A DNA stretch of 61,445 nt, counting the filler, from Porpidia crustulata (Eukaryota), in NCBI GenBank assembly GCA_964255105.1. It is 5 parts of 5 records of this genome, joined end to end, with 100 filler letters (N's around TTAATTAATTAA, not from the genome) between each part and the next. Parts side by side here need not be neighbours in the genome. Positions count along the whole stretch, not along the records: positions 36,962 to 49,159 come from CAXUWE010000560.1; 4 more parts are not named here. One strand, 5' to 3'. Under the pieces are notes generated by a model, which was not told the DNA's origin, searched no databases, and saw only the letters and a list, made by a program, of their open reading frames with translations. Shown here one piece after another: positions 37,325-49,259 of the stretch (within the stretch, counting starts at the first letter, position 1; each line of letters begins with the position of its first letter). The position numbers were made by a program, and so were the translations under genes.

Positions 37325-40300
37325 CTAAACGCCGAAATGGATATAGGGAACCCAGTAGTAGTTGGTCGAGTCTCTTGCCTGATCCCCAAAGCCTAGCAAA
37401 GTAGCATTTCTTCCCTTTGTCTTCTCAATTCGTCCGTCACGTAGCGCTCTGACTGCTCGATGGAGTCCTTCACAAACGGCCTTGTCCGTCATGCCTTTCT
37501 CCCGTATCGTCTCGTACAGTACTCTCGCCACATCAACGCAGTGCTTATCCGAAACTTCCCAGAGCGTTCCAACAACATGCCGGAAACCTGCAAGCTGGAA
37601 GGCACTAACGAGGTGGATTCCCTCGTCCCTGAGCTTGTCTACCTCGTTTGCCCCAGTCGAACAGGCTGAGAGGAAACCGAGAAACGGCGGATTTTGTTGG
37701 AGTTTGTAGTTGCGAAGGTCCGCTACCGTTAAAGGATTGCTTTCCCAATCTTCTAAAAACAAGCAGCTTTGTGAAGGTTCCTCCGGATCCGAGTGCCCGT
37801 GACCTGCAAAATGGAATATCTTACACGCTTTCATGTTGTTAAGAACATCCTCCTTATGCCGCCTCGGTTCAATTGGCTTCAGCTCGAGCGATGGGCAAAG
37901 ATCTTTCAACATCTCTACTTCATCTGCAGCAAATGGAAGGATTCGATTCATGGTAATACCTGGCGTTTCGCGCATGGCAACCAGAAGAGCATGGTCAGAC
38001 AGAGGCCTTGAGAGGATGAAAACGTGATTTTGGCGCCCATGTATCAATGCCTTGATAGACGAGACGTATGATGACATGACTCTATCAAGTACTGTCTCAG
38101 TGGACTCTTGCGCGTGGCGTCCAGCTGCATGAAGCGGTAGTTGGCTGAGTTGTCCAGTAGGAATCCACCACACACGAGGCCATTCGTCATCCGAAATAGG
38201 TTTACCAAAACCTAGTGCCTCTAGAACCGGACGACCGAGAACATCCCAGAGCCACTCCAGCATTGGTGTTGAATGAAAAGAGGCTTCTACACGGGACGAT
38301 CGTAAATTCCGGGCCCATTTCTCGACTCCCCGTTGCGTCAAGTCGGGCAACTCCAACACGCTAATCCCATCGCGCTTGATGAGGAACGCATCACAACGAT
38401 AGGAGCTTATATTGACGACAACAATAGGGCCTAGATCTGCAGCAGCCTTCAGCTCATCTTCGGTTGGTGGAAGGAGAAAATGGTTGAATCGAGGCTGAGC
38501 ACGAATCTCCCTAATTACTTCGTGGAATCTGTCCTCTGCTTCACGACGACCTTTCGCTCGCGATTCTCGGTAAAGTCTACCTTCACCAGAGGTAAGGGAA
38601 ACCGCCTGATCGGTAGGTGAGTCTAATTCGTCTCGAAGAGATGAAAATCTCTCTGCTAACTCGGCATGCTGTTCCTCTAGGGCTGATATGTCGGTACGCA
38701 TTTCCAACAGTAAACCTGCAATAATGCCGCGACCGAGTTCGATGAGCTCTAGAGCATTATAGGCATCGTTCCCTGCGTTCAGAGAAGCGGCCGCAGCATC
38801 GGAAGCTATGCCGGCAAATTGTGATAGCATATCTTGTTTATCGGTGTGTCGTAATGATCGCGGGCTGATAGCAGGGAGAAGCTGTACAGAATCGCGCAGA
38901 AAAGTACTTGATACTGCCCAATCTAACTGAAGAGCAAAGAGGCGACCTGCTTGCCGACCCAAAGAAATACGGGACTGACGGCCGAGTGCCATGGCATTCC
39001 CAGCCTTCCTTGAAATAGGAGATGGCTCGTTTCAAGTCTTCCATCACCTTCGTCTGCCTAAACCGCTCTTGATACCAGATCCCAAGGTTATTCAACCACT
39101 CACCTCGACGAGACTGATCAAGGGAGGTAATTTGCACTGCCACTCCCGCAGCTTCGATCGCTTGGTCAAGATCTTCCATTATTTCTTCTCGCTTATATCG
39201 CTCATATAAGCAAACCCCAAGGTTGCTAAACCGGCTAGCTCGATCCAGATGGTGTTGAGAAGTGGCGTGTACGGCTATATCGGTAACCTCGATACTTCGG
39301 TCAAGATCGTCCCTTGCTTTCGTCTGTTCATATCGTAGCCCAAGCAACATCCCGAGGTTAAGAAACGACCCTGCTCGATCAGGATGATCTTGAGGCGTGG
39401 TTTTCACCGCCATAGTGCTAAATTCCAAGGCACGTCTAAGATCGTCCCTCAGTTTTGTACGCTTAAACCGTCTTCCGAGGAATGTTGCAATGTTATTGAA
39501 GATCGTAGATCGATCCCGGTCTTCAGGAGTGGTAATATTCATGGCTACGTGCGTAGCCTTAATCGCCCTGTCAATATCATCTATAGCCCCTGCTTACTCA
39601 AATCGCATGCCGAGAAATTTTCCCAAGTTGATAAGGAATAGAGCTCGATTCGGATGACCGCAGGGAGCAGCGTCAACGGCTTCTTCAGCAATCTCAACAG
39701 CATTATTAATATCATTCATTCTCCCCATCCACTCGAACCGTCCGCCGAAGCATCTCGCAAGATTGATAAGGCAGTCAGGTCGAAACTTGTGGTTTGAAGG
39801 GATAATATCTACGGCCAGTTGAGTAACCTCAAAAGCCCTATCAAGATCTTGCATCTCTCCAGTCCACTGAAACCGACATGTCAGCTTATTTCCAAGGCTA
39901 CTTACCATCGCAGCTCGATTTGGGCTGTTTGGAGAGCTAGCCTCTATGGCTGTATGATTGGCCTTAACAGCATGCTCGAGATTATCCATTATTCCTGTCT
40001 GCTCAAATCGCCGAAAGAGCAAACTTCCAAGATTAGAAAAACGGTGAGCTCGATGGGGGTAGTCAGGTCGCGTAATAGCCACTACCATCTTGGCAACCTC
40101 GACTACGCGGTTGAGGTCTTCCGAATTCCATGTCATATTCAGGACCCTGTCGCTTACCATGGTACGGTCTATTATGGCAAGTGAGGTCCCCTCCATACCG
40201 GCCTGCTGATTCACCTCCGCTAGGTACATCCTTGCTGACAACATATTAGAGACTTCAGACCGCTGTGCATGCTGCCGATGGTTATCAGGTGTCAACGTTA

Positions 40301-41812
40301 CCCATTCTTTCGCTCGTTGAACCGCTCGCTGTAGGTATTCCGTCGAGCCTGTTCTCTTGAAAACGAGGAAACATGTACAGATACATAGTTCAAATTGCAC
40401 ACTGCTCGTAGGATCTTCGTGAAGCTCTGCGAAAGAACGAAGGTCTTCATCGTCCATGTCATGGAGAGTAGAGACCATTTCCGGCTCAATTGTAAAGTGT
40501 TTCGTTATTTCAGCCATATCATGGGCACCTACCGCTGCAGCTGTCTCGACAAAATTGACTGCATGGTTGGCATCATGTGGAAGCCCTTCCCTGGATCTAA
40601 GACTTATCAAATTAATGTCATGTATTTAGCACTGATAGACGTACTCTGGCATACCGACTTTCACTGTGAATCCTCCGCCATCTGCGTTATCGATATAAAC
40701 ATTGACACCTGCCTCTTGTACTGTGGTCGTTATTTCGTCAAGATCATCCTGCAACCCTGTGCGGCAGAACTTTGTAAACATCATTTTGATCCAATCGTAT
40801 ATTCGAAACCAACGGTCAGGGTGGTCTGGAGATGTGGCTGCTACCATCTCCTGAGCACGGAAAATTGCTTCCTGAAGATCATCCTGCGAGCGTGTATGCT
40901 GATATTTCTTGACCAACATCACAATAAAGCTTTTCAAATAGGACGTGTAAAGAGGATTGTCGATCTTGATGGGCATTTGTTCTTTGGTTCGGTTAAGAGC
41001 GCGTTCAAGATCTTCCACCGCTTCGGTCTTTAAGAATATAGCATAATAGACACAGCCCATGTGTTTGTCATCCTCGGTATCCGAATTGACCTGTTCTTTT
41101 TCGCCATTCACTGCAAGATGGCGTAGCTGAACTAAGTCCATGTTTTTGAGCAACCGCGACCCAACGACCACATCCCCATCCAGCTCCCTGTAGTATAGCA
41201 AATTTGACACTTTTCCGACAAAACCAGTGCTTGCCGGATCTACTATACGGGAATGGCTGCTGCTTGGAAGTGCCTCGAGCGAGTTAGTAGAGGCAATAAG
41301 ATCGTAGGGAAGAGCATCGTGACTGTCTACGATATGGTTGCCCGCCGCAGCCTGGGATGTAGGTGAATTTGGGTTGTCGAACCCAGGTTCGGAGAGGCTC
41401 TCTGTTGTTGGTAAGCGTTGCGGCCGCTTTTCTTGGCCTTGAGATGCTGCCTGAGCTCCATCTGCTACGGTCTCTACATCGAGTTCTCGGATTCTCTTAC
41501 GGACTATTTCTACTTGTCGCTGCAAATCCCTTAGTTCCTTCTCTCTTTCTTCCAATTCTTGCAGAAAACGGGTCTTCTTTTTGTCCCAACTTTCACTAAT
41601 CTAGAACGTGTCAGTTGTTAATGTTGACTGACAGTGTAAAGTGGATCGCTTACAGTAGTATCACCATTCAAGATCCGCGCCTGACTCTGCACTCCTTCAA
41701 CGATTGAATTTAGGCGAGAGATAGTAGAAGCCTTGCAGAAACAATCCCTTTCAGACCGGTTAGCAGGCTCGCATGAATCCTGATTCGCAGTAGCCTCTCC
41801 TATGTTGGACAT
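37325..41812 (-). pseudogene. TPR-repeat + CHAT (caspase HetF-associated) protease, disrupted
   Basis: Repeated 'DLDRAI...A...P.DHPDRA...NLG' TPR-like units; CHAT motifs WWIPTG.L..LPLHAAG, FHFAGHG, LSACSTG, FQLAGF.HVVGTLW and WVPYIHFG. In-frame TAA at 39596-39594 and a +1 frameshift near 38972. 5' start approximate. Confidence 0.88.
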
Positions 41813-42600
41813 TGCGCTGGCTCGGAATGTAAATGCTCTTCAGTCTGATTGTTCTCGCTTTTAGGTAAGTCTGATGAGCTTCGCAGAACATCCTTGAGCA
41901 ATCACCTTGCAAATCGGAAATTTCTGGCATTAGTGAGTCCACATGATGCTGCTCAATTATGATGTACAAAGTTATCAAAGAGGTGAGAGCCTTTAATTAG
42001 CGAGACAGCCTTGTCCAGAGCCACGTAGAGAGCCGAGAGGTCCGAGGCCATAATCCATGCAGCTGACAGCGTGACAGTCCCGCCAGCCACCGGGCAATAG
42101 GAGCTTTAAGTAGAAGCTATTGGAGAATGGTAACCACCACAATTCCGACGAAGTGGCCGAATTTGTGATAGCACTAATCAATCTGTGAGCCTGAAAAGCT
42201 GCAGGCTGGCCTGTCATGGCTCGGAACAAGCTTGAATGCTGTAAGGTAAGCAGGTATGGAGATTAATCATCGCACTTTTACGTGGTCGAGGCTCGAGGCT
42301 GAGCAGCCAAGGACCCGAAACATGGACGCGAACTAAGGTACAAATGTAGACTGGAGCTGCTTGATATGCTGCTGGTATCACTAATGAACCATTAACAATT
42401 TTTGATATTTGGAATGACGCCGGATGGACCAGGTCGATATTTACTGCACTCGCGTAGCGTTATAACAATATATCTTTGCAGTCAGGCTTTGTTATCAACG
42501 CTTTGTTATCAACGCTTTATTTTGGGTATTCCGTCCATTTCCTTTGTTACAGTCTTCAGATCCGCGATTTGTCCGCCTGTCATTATGATCAACGGATCTG

Positions 42601-44625
42601 ATAACTACGATAAACCATTTCGCAGTTCTAATCGGAATCAATTTATACGTGAAAGATCGTCATCTCCAAGGTAGCGTGTGAGATGCAGAGATGGTCAAGC
42701 AATATCTTGAATCTGGACTAACACCCGTAGATACCGTCATTCTTACTGCGACAACACCTCCGGATCCCAGCTCTGGTCGTCCAATCGAGAACCCCGACTT
42801 GTGGCCAACGAAGTCGAACGTGGTTTCCGGGCTCAGCAGGGTGATCGAAAGAGGGAAACCACGAGATTTCGTCTACATTCATTTCTCCGGACACGGGACA
42901 CGAATCGAAAAACCAGCAGGACCCAAGCATCCGAACACTGGCGAGCTAGCTTTGGTTCTTTTCGAGAACAATGGATGCAGCTATCTCAGAGGTGAGGTTC
43001 TAGCAAACGCCCTCCGTCAGATGGTGAAGAAGGGACTCTTTGTGACGCTTGTCCTTGGCTGTTGTTTTTCCGGGAGCGCCGTACGCTACAGCGGTAACCA
43101 CGGCGTCGGCATCCGAGCCACTGAGTACGACCGTGCTTTCGATACCGAGCGCCCGCAAGAACACCAAGAGAGTTTATCTGGAATAACTGGCACTTTGCGT
43201 AACGCTCCAGTGGTGTCTAACTGGCTTGTCGATCCCGAAGGCTATGCGATCCTTTCGGCCTGCGGCCCACATAAGAAGGCATGGGAACTAGAAGTCGAGG
43301 GAGGGGGGCGAAGAGGAGCGCTCACTTACTTTCTCATTGATGCTCTCAGCACATTGAGGAACAAGGGTGTGGAACTTGCACACCAATCCCTGTATCAGTA
43401 TCTCCGCACAAGATTTCACGCATCCTGGCCGCAGCAGACTCCAATGCGATATGGAAATGGAAATTCTTCATTTTTTGGGGATTTTGGCGCTGTACTGGAT
43501 ACGACCCTTATCCCTATTTACACAACGCATGATAATCGACTGTGCTTAAGCGCAGGAGAAGCACACGGCGTACGCAAAGGTGATGAGTATGCCGCATATC
43601 CGTTTCACGAGCCGGAAAGCACCCTAAACCAAACAAGAGCAGCGCCGGTAGTGGTCAGAGTCGACACCGTTCGATGTCTTACATCAGATTTGTTGGAAGT
43701 CGTACCTGGATCTGCTGTCAAGGTAATTGAGGCAGGCTGGAAGGCAAAGCCAGTGACTAACCTCTCCCTTCGGAAGATGACCGTACGACTCATGGCGAGC
43801 GTGAGCAACCCAAATCAATGGATGGAGACTGGCAAGCAGCAGCGTTTCCTACGCCTTTCCACAGAGAATGCGAAACCGGAACCCTGCATTTTTAATCTTG
43901 TTCTCAATGAAAACAATGAATACGAACTACTTGATGGGTATAGTAAGAGTGTGATCAGCTTGCCAACCGTACCAGCAGATACAAACGGTGCGTTGAATAT
44001 CATTATGGATGTCTTGCAGCACCTTGCAAAATTCAAATACTTCGAAGGAGTGGAGAATCGAAGGCCTAGTCTAAACTTTGAACGCTCATTTTCTCTTCTT
44101 CCCTTGTCCGAAAATCGAGCATTTGGCGCTAGCGATGTAAAGCATGGCGACGTGTGGGGTTTCACGATCGAAAACTTCAGCGATAGACCATTATGTTTAG
44201 CCGTATTCGACTGTGCCCCGTCCTGGCAGATTTTAAATCTGGTATCGGTGGATGGTGGAGGGGACTTTCTGGTTTTGCCGCCGAAAAAGGAGGGGAACAA
44301 CGGCAAGCAGAAAATACAGTTACGGATGGAGGTCCCCAAGTTTCTTCTAGATCGAGGCCTGACTGAATGCGAAGACATAATCAAGATTTTCGTTACTAGC
44401 AAGCCAACCTCTTTCTCATCGGTAATTTTGCCCGAAATGCCCTTCCAAGCTAGAGATCTGCGTGGGCGTGTAGGCGGCACTGTTGATCGGCTATCCAATT
44501 TCGTCTCAGAGCTAACCGCAGGTCACAGAGGTCAAGATGATGCTATCCAGGAAGAGTGTGCAACTCGAAACTTTACAATATGCACAGCTGTGGGACTGAA
44601 AAAAAGTTGTAACGTCGCGATTTAA
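42601..44625 (+). pseudogene. Caspase/metacaspase-family (peptidase C14) protein with a long C-terminal extension, disrupted N-terminus
   Basis: HFAVLIGIN...LQGSV*D (TGA at 42679) lies in frame upstream of the 42691 ORF; HFSGHG catalytic His; VLGCCFSG catalytic Cys; ILSAC and RGALTYFL motifs. Confidence 0.88.
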
Positions 44626-45421
44626 GCCTTCCAATCAAACTTGTTTTAAGTGTTGCGTAACACCTCCCAGCATTGGATACAATTTGCTTTCTTTTTCACC
44701 CGAAAGGGTTATACAACTCCAAATCTTTCTCTTCAAAAGCCTTGTTGCCGTGAACGGCCTCCATATTTGCATCGCAGAGTATATATCGGCCATCCTTCAC
44801 AGAAGATACGGTGTATGGGCCTTCGCGTGTCTTCGTTTCAGGAACATAGAGATAAACCTCGTCGTTTGGCCGAAACTTGACGTTCTAGCAATCTTTAGTA
44901 ATAGCGACTTGACTTCCACCGTGTATCCTTACGGCAGCATATCTAGCGACATGAGGACGATCACAATCTTCGCGGAAAGAAAATTCCGGAGTGTGCATAT
45001 TTCTACAGGAGATGTTAGTGCGTCATTAAATCCATCAACGAAGAGTATTACTCTTTAGATGGATTCGGTCTCTTATTTCGTGGAGTTTGTGAAGTTGAAG
45101 ATATTGTTGCCACGATGCGAGGTACGGTGGTGTACGAGGGGCAAGTGAGAAGGAAACAAGAGGGCGCGCGAGCTTGTTGACCAAAACTCCCAGAGTCGTA
45201 TATAGATGCTGACCAATTTTATTCTTAACCTGTCACAGTGACCTATTACCCAAGGCGTGCTTTAGTTATGCCTTGCAGCCCTGCAGCCTTCCCCCACCAA
45301 CCCTCAATGTTGGGCATCATCAGTGCCCAATCATCTCCTCTAAAGTACCTAAAGTAGTCCTTTCGTTGATAGAAATAATGACTCCTGTCAACACGCACCT
45401 ACCGATTGTTATTACGGCACT

Positions 45422-46636
45422 ATGGCTCATGCGCGGGAAGTCGATATTGAACTCGATCCGCGCAGTGATTCATCTTCGGCATCCCCTTGTAACTCCAGCA
45501 GCTCGGGTACCAATTGTGTTAACAAAATCAAAGCTGCAATAGCATGCCGGACAGCAAGACCATCAAGGGATATTTCAGAAAACAAGGATTGCGATTTGCA
45601 AGTAAAGCAGAGTATCAATTGGCCTCGAGATTCGGGAATATAATGCCTTAGATGGCTGACTCTCCTCAGTCAAAGATTACCCAGCTGGATATCCCCGGTT
45701 CTCGGCACTTATTTCTTCTCATGATTCATTCCATATCTGCCGACGCTTCTCTAAGCTACGTACACGCCTCCTTCTGTTGAAACAAGACAGTTTGTCAGTG
45801 CTGGAAGAACGACTGGAGAAGATCGACCGAGAAGAGACTGTGCCTTTATGTCTCGGAAGTAGTCGAAGAGATAACAACACTGAAAGGAACTCGGTTCTTT
45901 CGGAGATCCACATTGCCCTAATGGAATATGGCGCGTCATATATGCCTTGAATCTAGAAAGAATTCATTCTGACGAGCGACAGATGAGATGATAGAAAGAA
46001 ACCACCGCATACTCGGCTTCGAAGCCGCAAGGCCGCGAGACGTGCTGAACCTGCAAAATTGGGTTAACGGGAGTGGCTGCATAGCTAGGGAGGAGACTGC
46101 ATACCTGCAAAATTGTAGAGAGCTGCTCAGCGTAAATTCTTTGGATGACCACGCCATCACATGGTTAGAAATCTTAGTAGGAGGAATCCTCGTTCAACTT
46201 TCGAAGTGTTTTGGTAAAGTATGAGGTATCTATGCGCTAGCCATTTATAGATGACCGCTAAGCCCGTTATAGCGCCATCGCCTCAACATCTCGAGAGACC
46301 CGAATGTACACATATCCTCCCGGTCATCCACTATGCGGATAGCCCGAATCATTATAACGCCACTTATACTTACTCTTCTTCTTGCTCCCGTGGTCGTCTG
46401 TAACTACTTCAGCTACTTGTCTGCTAGATTGGCCATAGTCATACTCGCAACTACTATCTTCATTACAATCTTATCTGGCTTGACCGAGGCGAAAACTGTT
46501 GAACTAGTTGTAGCAGGTACGACGTACGTACGCAGTCCTTCGTCACATCACTTGAAATGCGGATTTGCGGCTGATGTACAAACATAGGTATACAACTGTC
46601 CTAGTAATATCTGGTACAAACGTAGCTACACATTGA
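45422..46636 (+). CDS. DUF6594-like protein with C-terminal transmembrane helices, multi-exon
   Basis: DYPAGYPRFSALISSHDSFHICRRFSKLRTRLLLLKQD..LEERLEKID; LQNWV; C-terminal IITPLILTLLLAPVV...LAIVILATTIFITILS...ELVVAGTTY; one apparent GC-AG intron at 45931-45982. Confidence 0.8.
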
Positions 46637-48290
46637 TAAAAGCTTTCTATCCCGAAAAAACTATAGGAGCTAAGGAGGAACCCTACCGAAGGGTCAAATA
46701 ATTTCATGCGTAAAGAGAAAAACAGATTGAATTATAAATTAGTTGACGGTGGTAACACAATCCAGGCTTCTGTAGTCACCTTGATTCGTAATTTCGCGTT
46801 CGCCCTTTTCTGAGATTTGCCAAAACGTTCACTTGATACCTGAAGCTCTACTCATTCACAGATGCCCAAGGCAGGACGACTTCAATAAGCAGCTATATTG
46901 GGTAGAGATATCTAGGGAATTAAATCAACCATCTACGACTATAAACGCGGTAGAGACCCAGACGTCTAACAATATGGCAAAGTTTCAAGTTGAGACCAGC
47001 CTGAATTGCGAACGAGCTTCTAAAAATTCCGCAGCTCAATTAACAGCGAAAGATACTGAGATTGTCGGGAAGTCCACCCGCTTGAACCTTGACTACTTCG
47101 AGAAACTTCGTATCCTCGCTGAACCGGAAGGTAGAAGGGGAGCTCATGAGTACATAGAGTTCACCTGCTACACTGCTGCAACCTTTTTACAGTTGGCGTT
47201 GTAATGCATTAGCGCGACTGATGGGTAAGCCCCAGTAAGACCATTAATTATCGGAGTGCACTCAATTCATGCATGTGCCATACGGCTAAGAATGGTGGGG
47301 ACGATGAGGCTGAGTGGCTCTTGAGCGCAGTCTTTCGAGTTCAACGACAAGAGAGAGCGACAACAGCGATCATCCCTGAAGAACCATCGCTTGTACGCTT
47401 TGAGTCATAGCGAAGATTTCCGTTGAACGGCAAGTTGTCAGATACTTGAGTGTTGGTGATGGTTTGATGTATATTTTAGGAACGAGGCTGAAGGACTCAT
47501 CCGAGCGGGGCTTGGTCGACACGTGATCGGTCTAAATTTCATCACATCCAATTCAACAATCGACATGCGCGTCGAGGAGCAACTGCTATTGACTCACAAA
47601 GGCCTTGGACTTTGAAGAAGGAGCCATGGTATCTGGTGAGAATGCCCCATTGTAAGCTGTCAGAGATCTATCGATGCCATCGCTCAATTTTGGTACAAGA
47701 AGCTCAGATGCAAATCTGCGATCATACCTGCGGGATCAACGCCAAGGTTGTTTGGTTTCAGTATGAGATGCTAAGAAGAGAGACGCCACATAGGCTGCGA
47801 CGTCTCGCAGAGAATCAACTCAAAGATATATTATCGCTGTTCCATGCCCCAAGGGTCCCTTGCGAGCGTTTCGTCATAGATGTCGAGCTGAATGACATAT
47901 ATAAATAACATGAATCAAGCCGTTTCTTTACCATTCATCTACCGTAACGTTGAAAGCTTAATTTCCTACCTTAATTAGCAGAAACATGGGTTTCAACTAC
48001 GTGATGTACGTCAAGGGTTTTTCCACATATCGTTTTTCAGACTTTGTTTCCAAGCTGCTACACACAAAACGGCTCACCAGGTTTAAACTACTACAAGTGC
48101 TATGCAACTAGAAGAACCATATGACCCATGACGAGAACTTCGTCTCTTGATTCGGTGTCAGGAAGGAGAGCTGAGGGTGGACGGTAAGTATTTAAGTCTA
48201 CTATGGACCTGAAACGAACCACAATTCATTACACTGATATCTACCCACCGGCCTCACGTGAATTAAGCAAAGAATTTTCATTTACTTAGC

Positions 48291-49159
48291 ATGATGCAGT
48301 CAACATCTTTGTGCTTCGCTGCACTTCTTTCTCTTGCCACCGCAATACCATTTCCAAATATCCTTTCATTACGACAAGTGTGTACCCCTTCCTATACCCG
48401 TTGATCCCCCTCACCTGAACATTCTAATGATAGATATAATAGCAATGTCCAGCGACAGGCCAATGTGCAACATGCCCACCCACTACCATATTCAAAGATA
48501 CAACCCCAACAATGTCCCTAGACATCGAGGGCCCGTTGCTCGGGGTACCAGCCGCCAAGCCCGGCCAGAAATACTACGTTGCGGCCCCGGGAATGGACAA
48601 AGACGACGGCTTTTACACGGCCAACTACGACGATGACGCAGCCTACGGAGAGCAACTCCAACAGGATCCCCAGAGCGGCAAAGTGAAACGCAACGTGGGT
48701 GACCTCTTCGCTCGCGGTCAGAAACGTGCCTTCGAAGTCTCCGGCTATCGTCCGGCTTACGAGAGTTGTGTCGATACTTGGATCCTGATCGCCGATAACG
48801 GCAACCTCATCTACGTCATCAGCGATGACGAGTCGATCCGCAGTGCTGCACAGGTCGACCATCTCCTGGAGCTGAATCTTATCGAAAACTTTCTAAAAAG
48901 CCGTGCCAATGCTCCAAATGTGGCATCGATTGGAGGGGTCGCTGGTGCAATAACACGGATCCGTAACGTGAGTTTCACATTCTTGTAGCAGTTCTGTTCT
49001 ATGAGCCGCAAAAGATTGCATCACTGATAAGTTAAATGGCGGAACAGTGTCCCGATATAGTGCAGGAATTGAAGAATATAATGAACAACCCCGTGAACTT
49101 CTGGGGCGTCGATTCATGGATCAACAACATCAAGTCGAAAATCTTGCGCGTAAGTAAGC
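48291..49159 (+). CDS. Secreted protein with an HNH/His-Me-finger-like motif, 3'-truncated
   Basis: Signal peptide MMQSTSLCFAALLSLATA; phase-0 introns at 48378-48442 and 48968-49047; KR dibasic sites; QVDHLLEL ... NPVNFWGVDSWINNIK. Confidence 0.65.
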
Positions 49160-49259
49160 NNNNNNNNNNNNNNNNNNNNNNNNNNNNNNNNNNNNNNNNN
49201 NNNTTAATTAATTAANNNNNNNNNNNNNNNNNNNNNNNNNNNNNNNNNNNNNNNNNNNN
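49160..49259. other. Artificial contig spacer
   Basis: N44-TTAATTAATTAA-N44. Confidence 0.98.

Noticed and set aside
42486..42518. 14-bp tandem repeat GCTTTGTTATCAAC in the CHAT/caspase intergenic region
   Set aside because: A simple slippage duplication with no evidence of function
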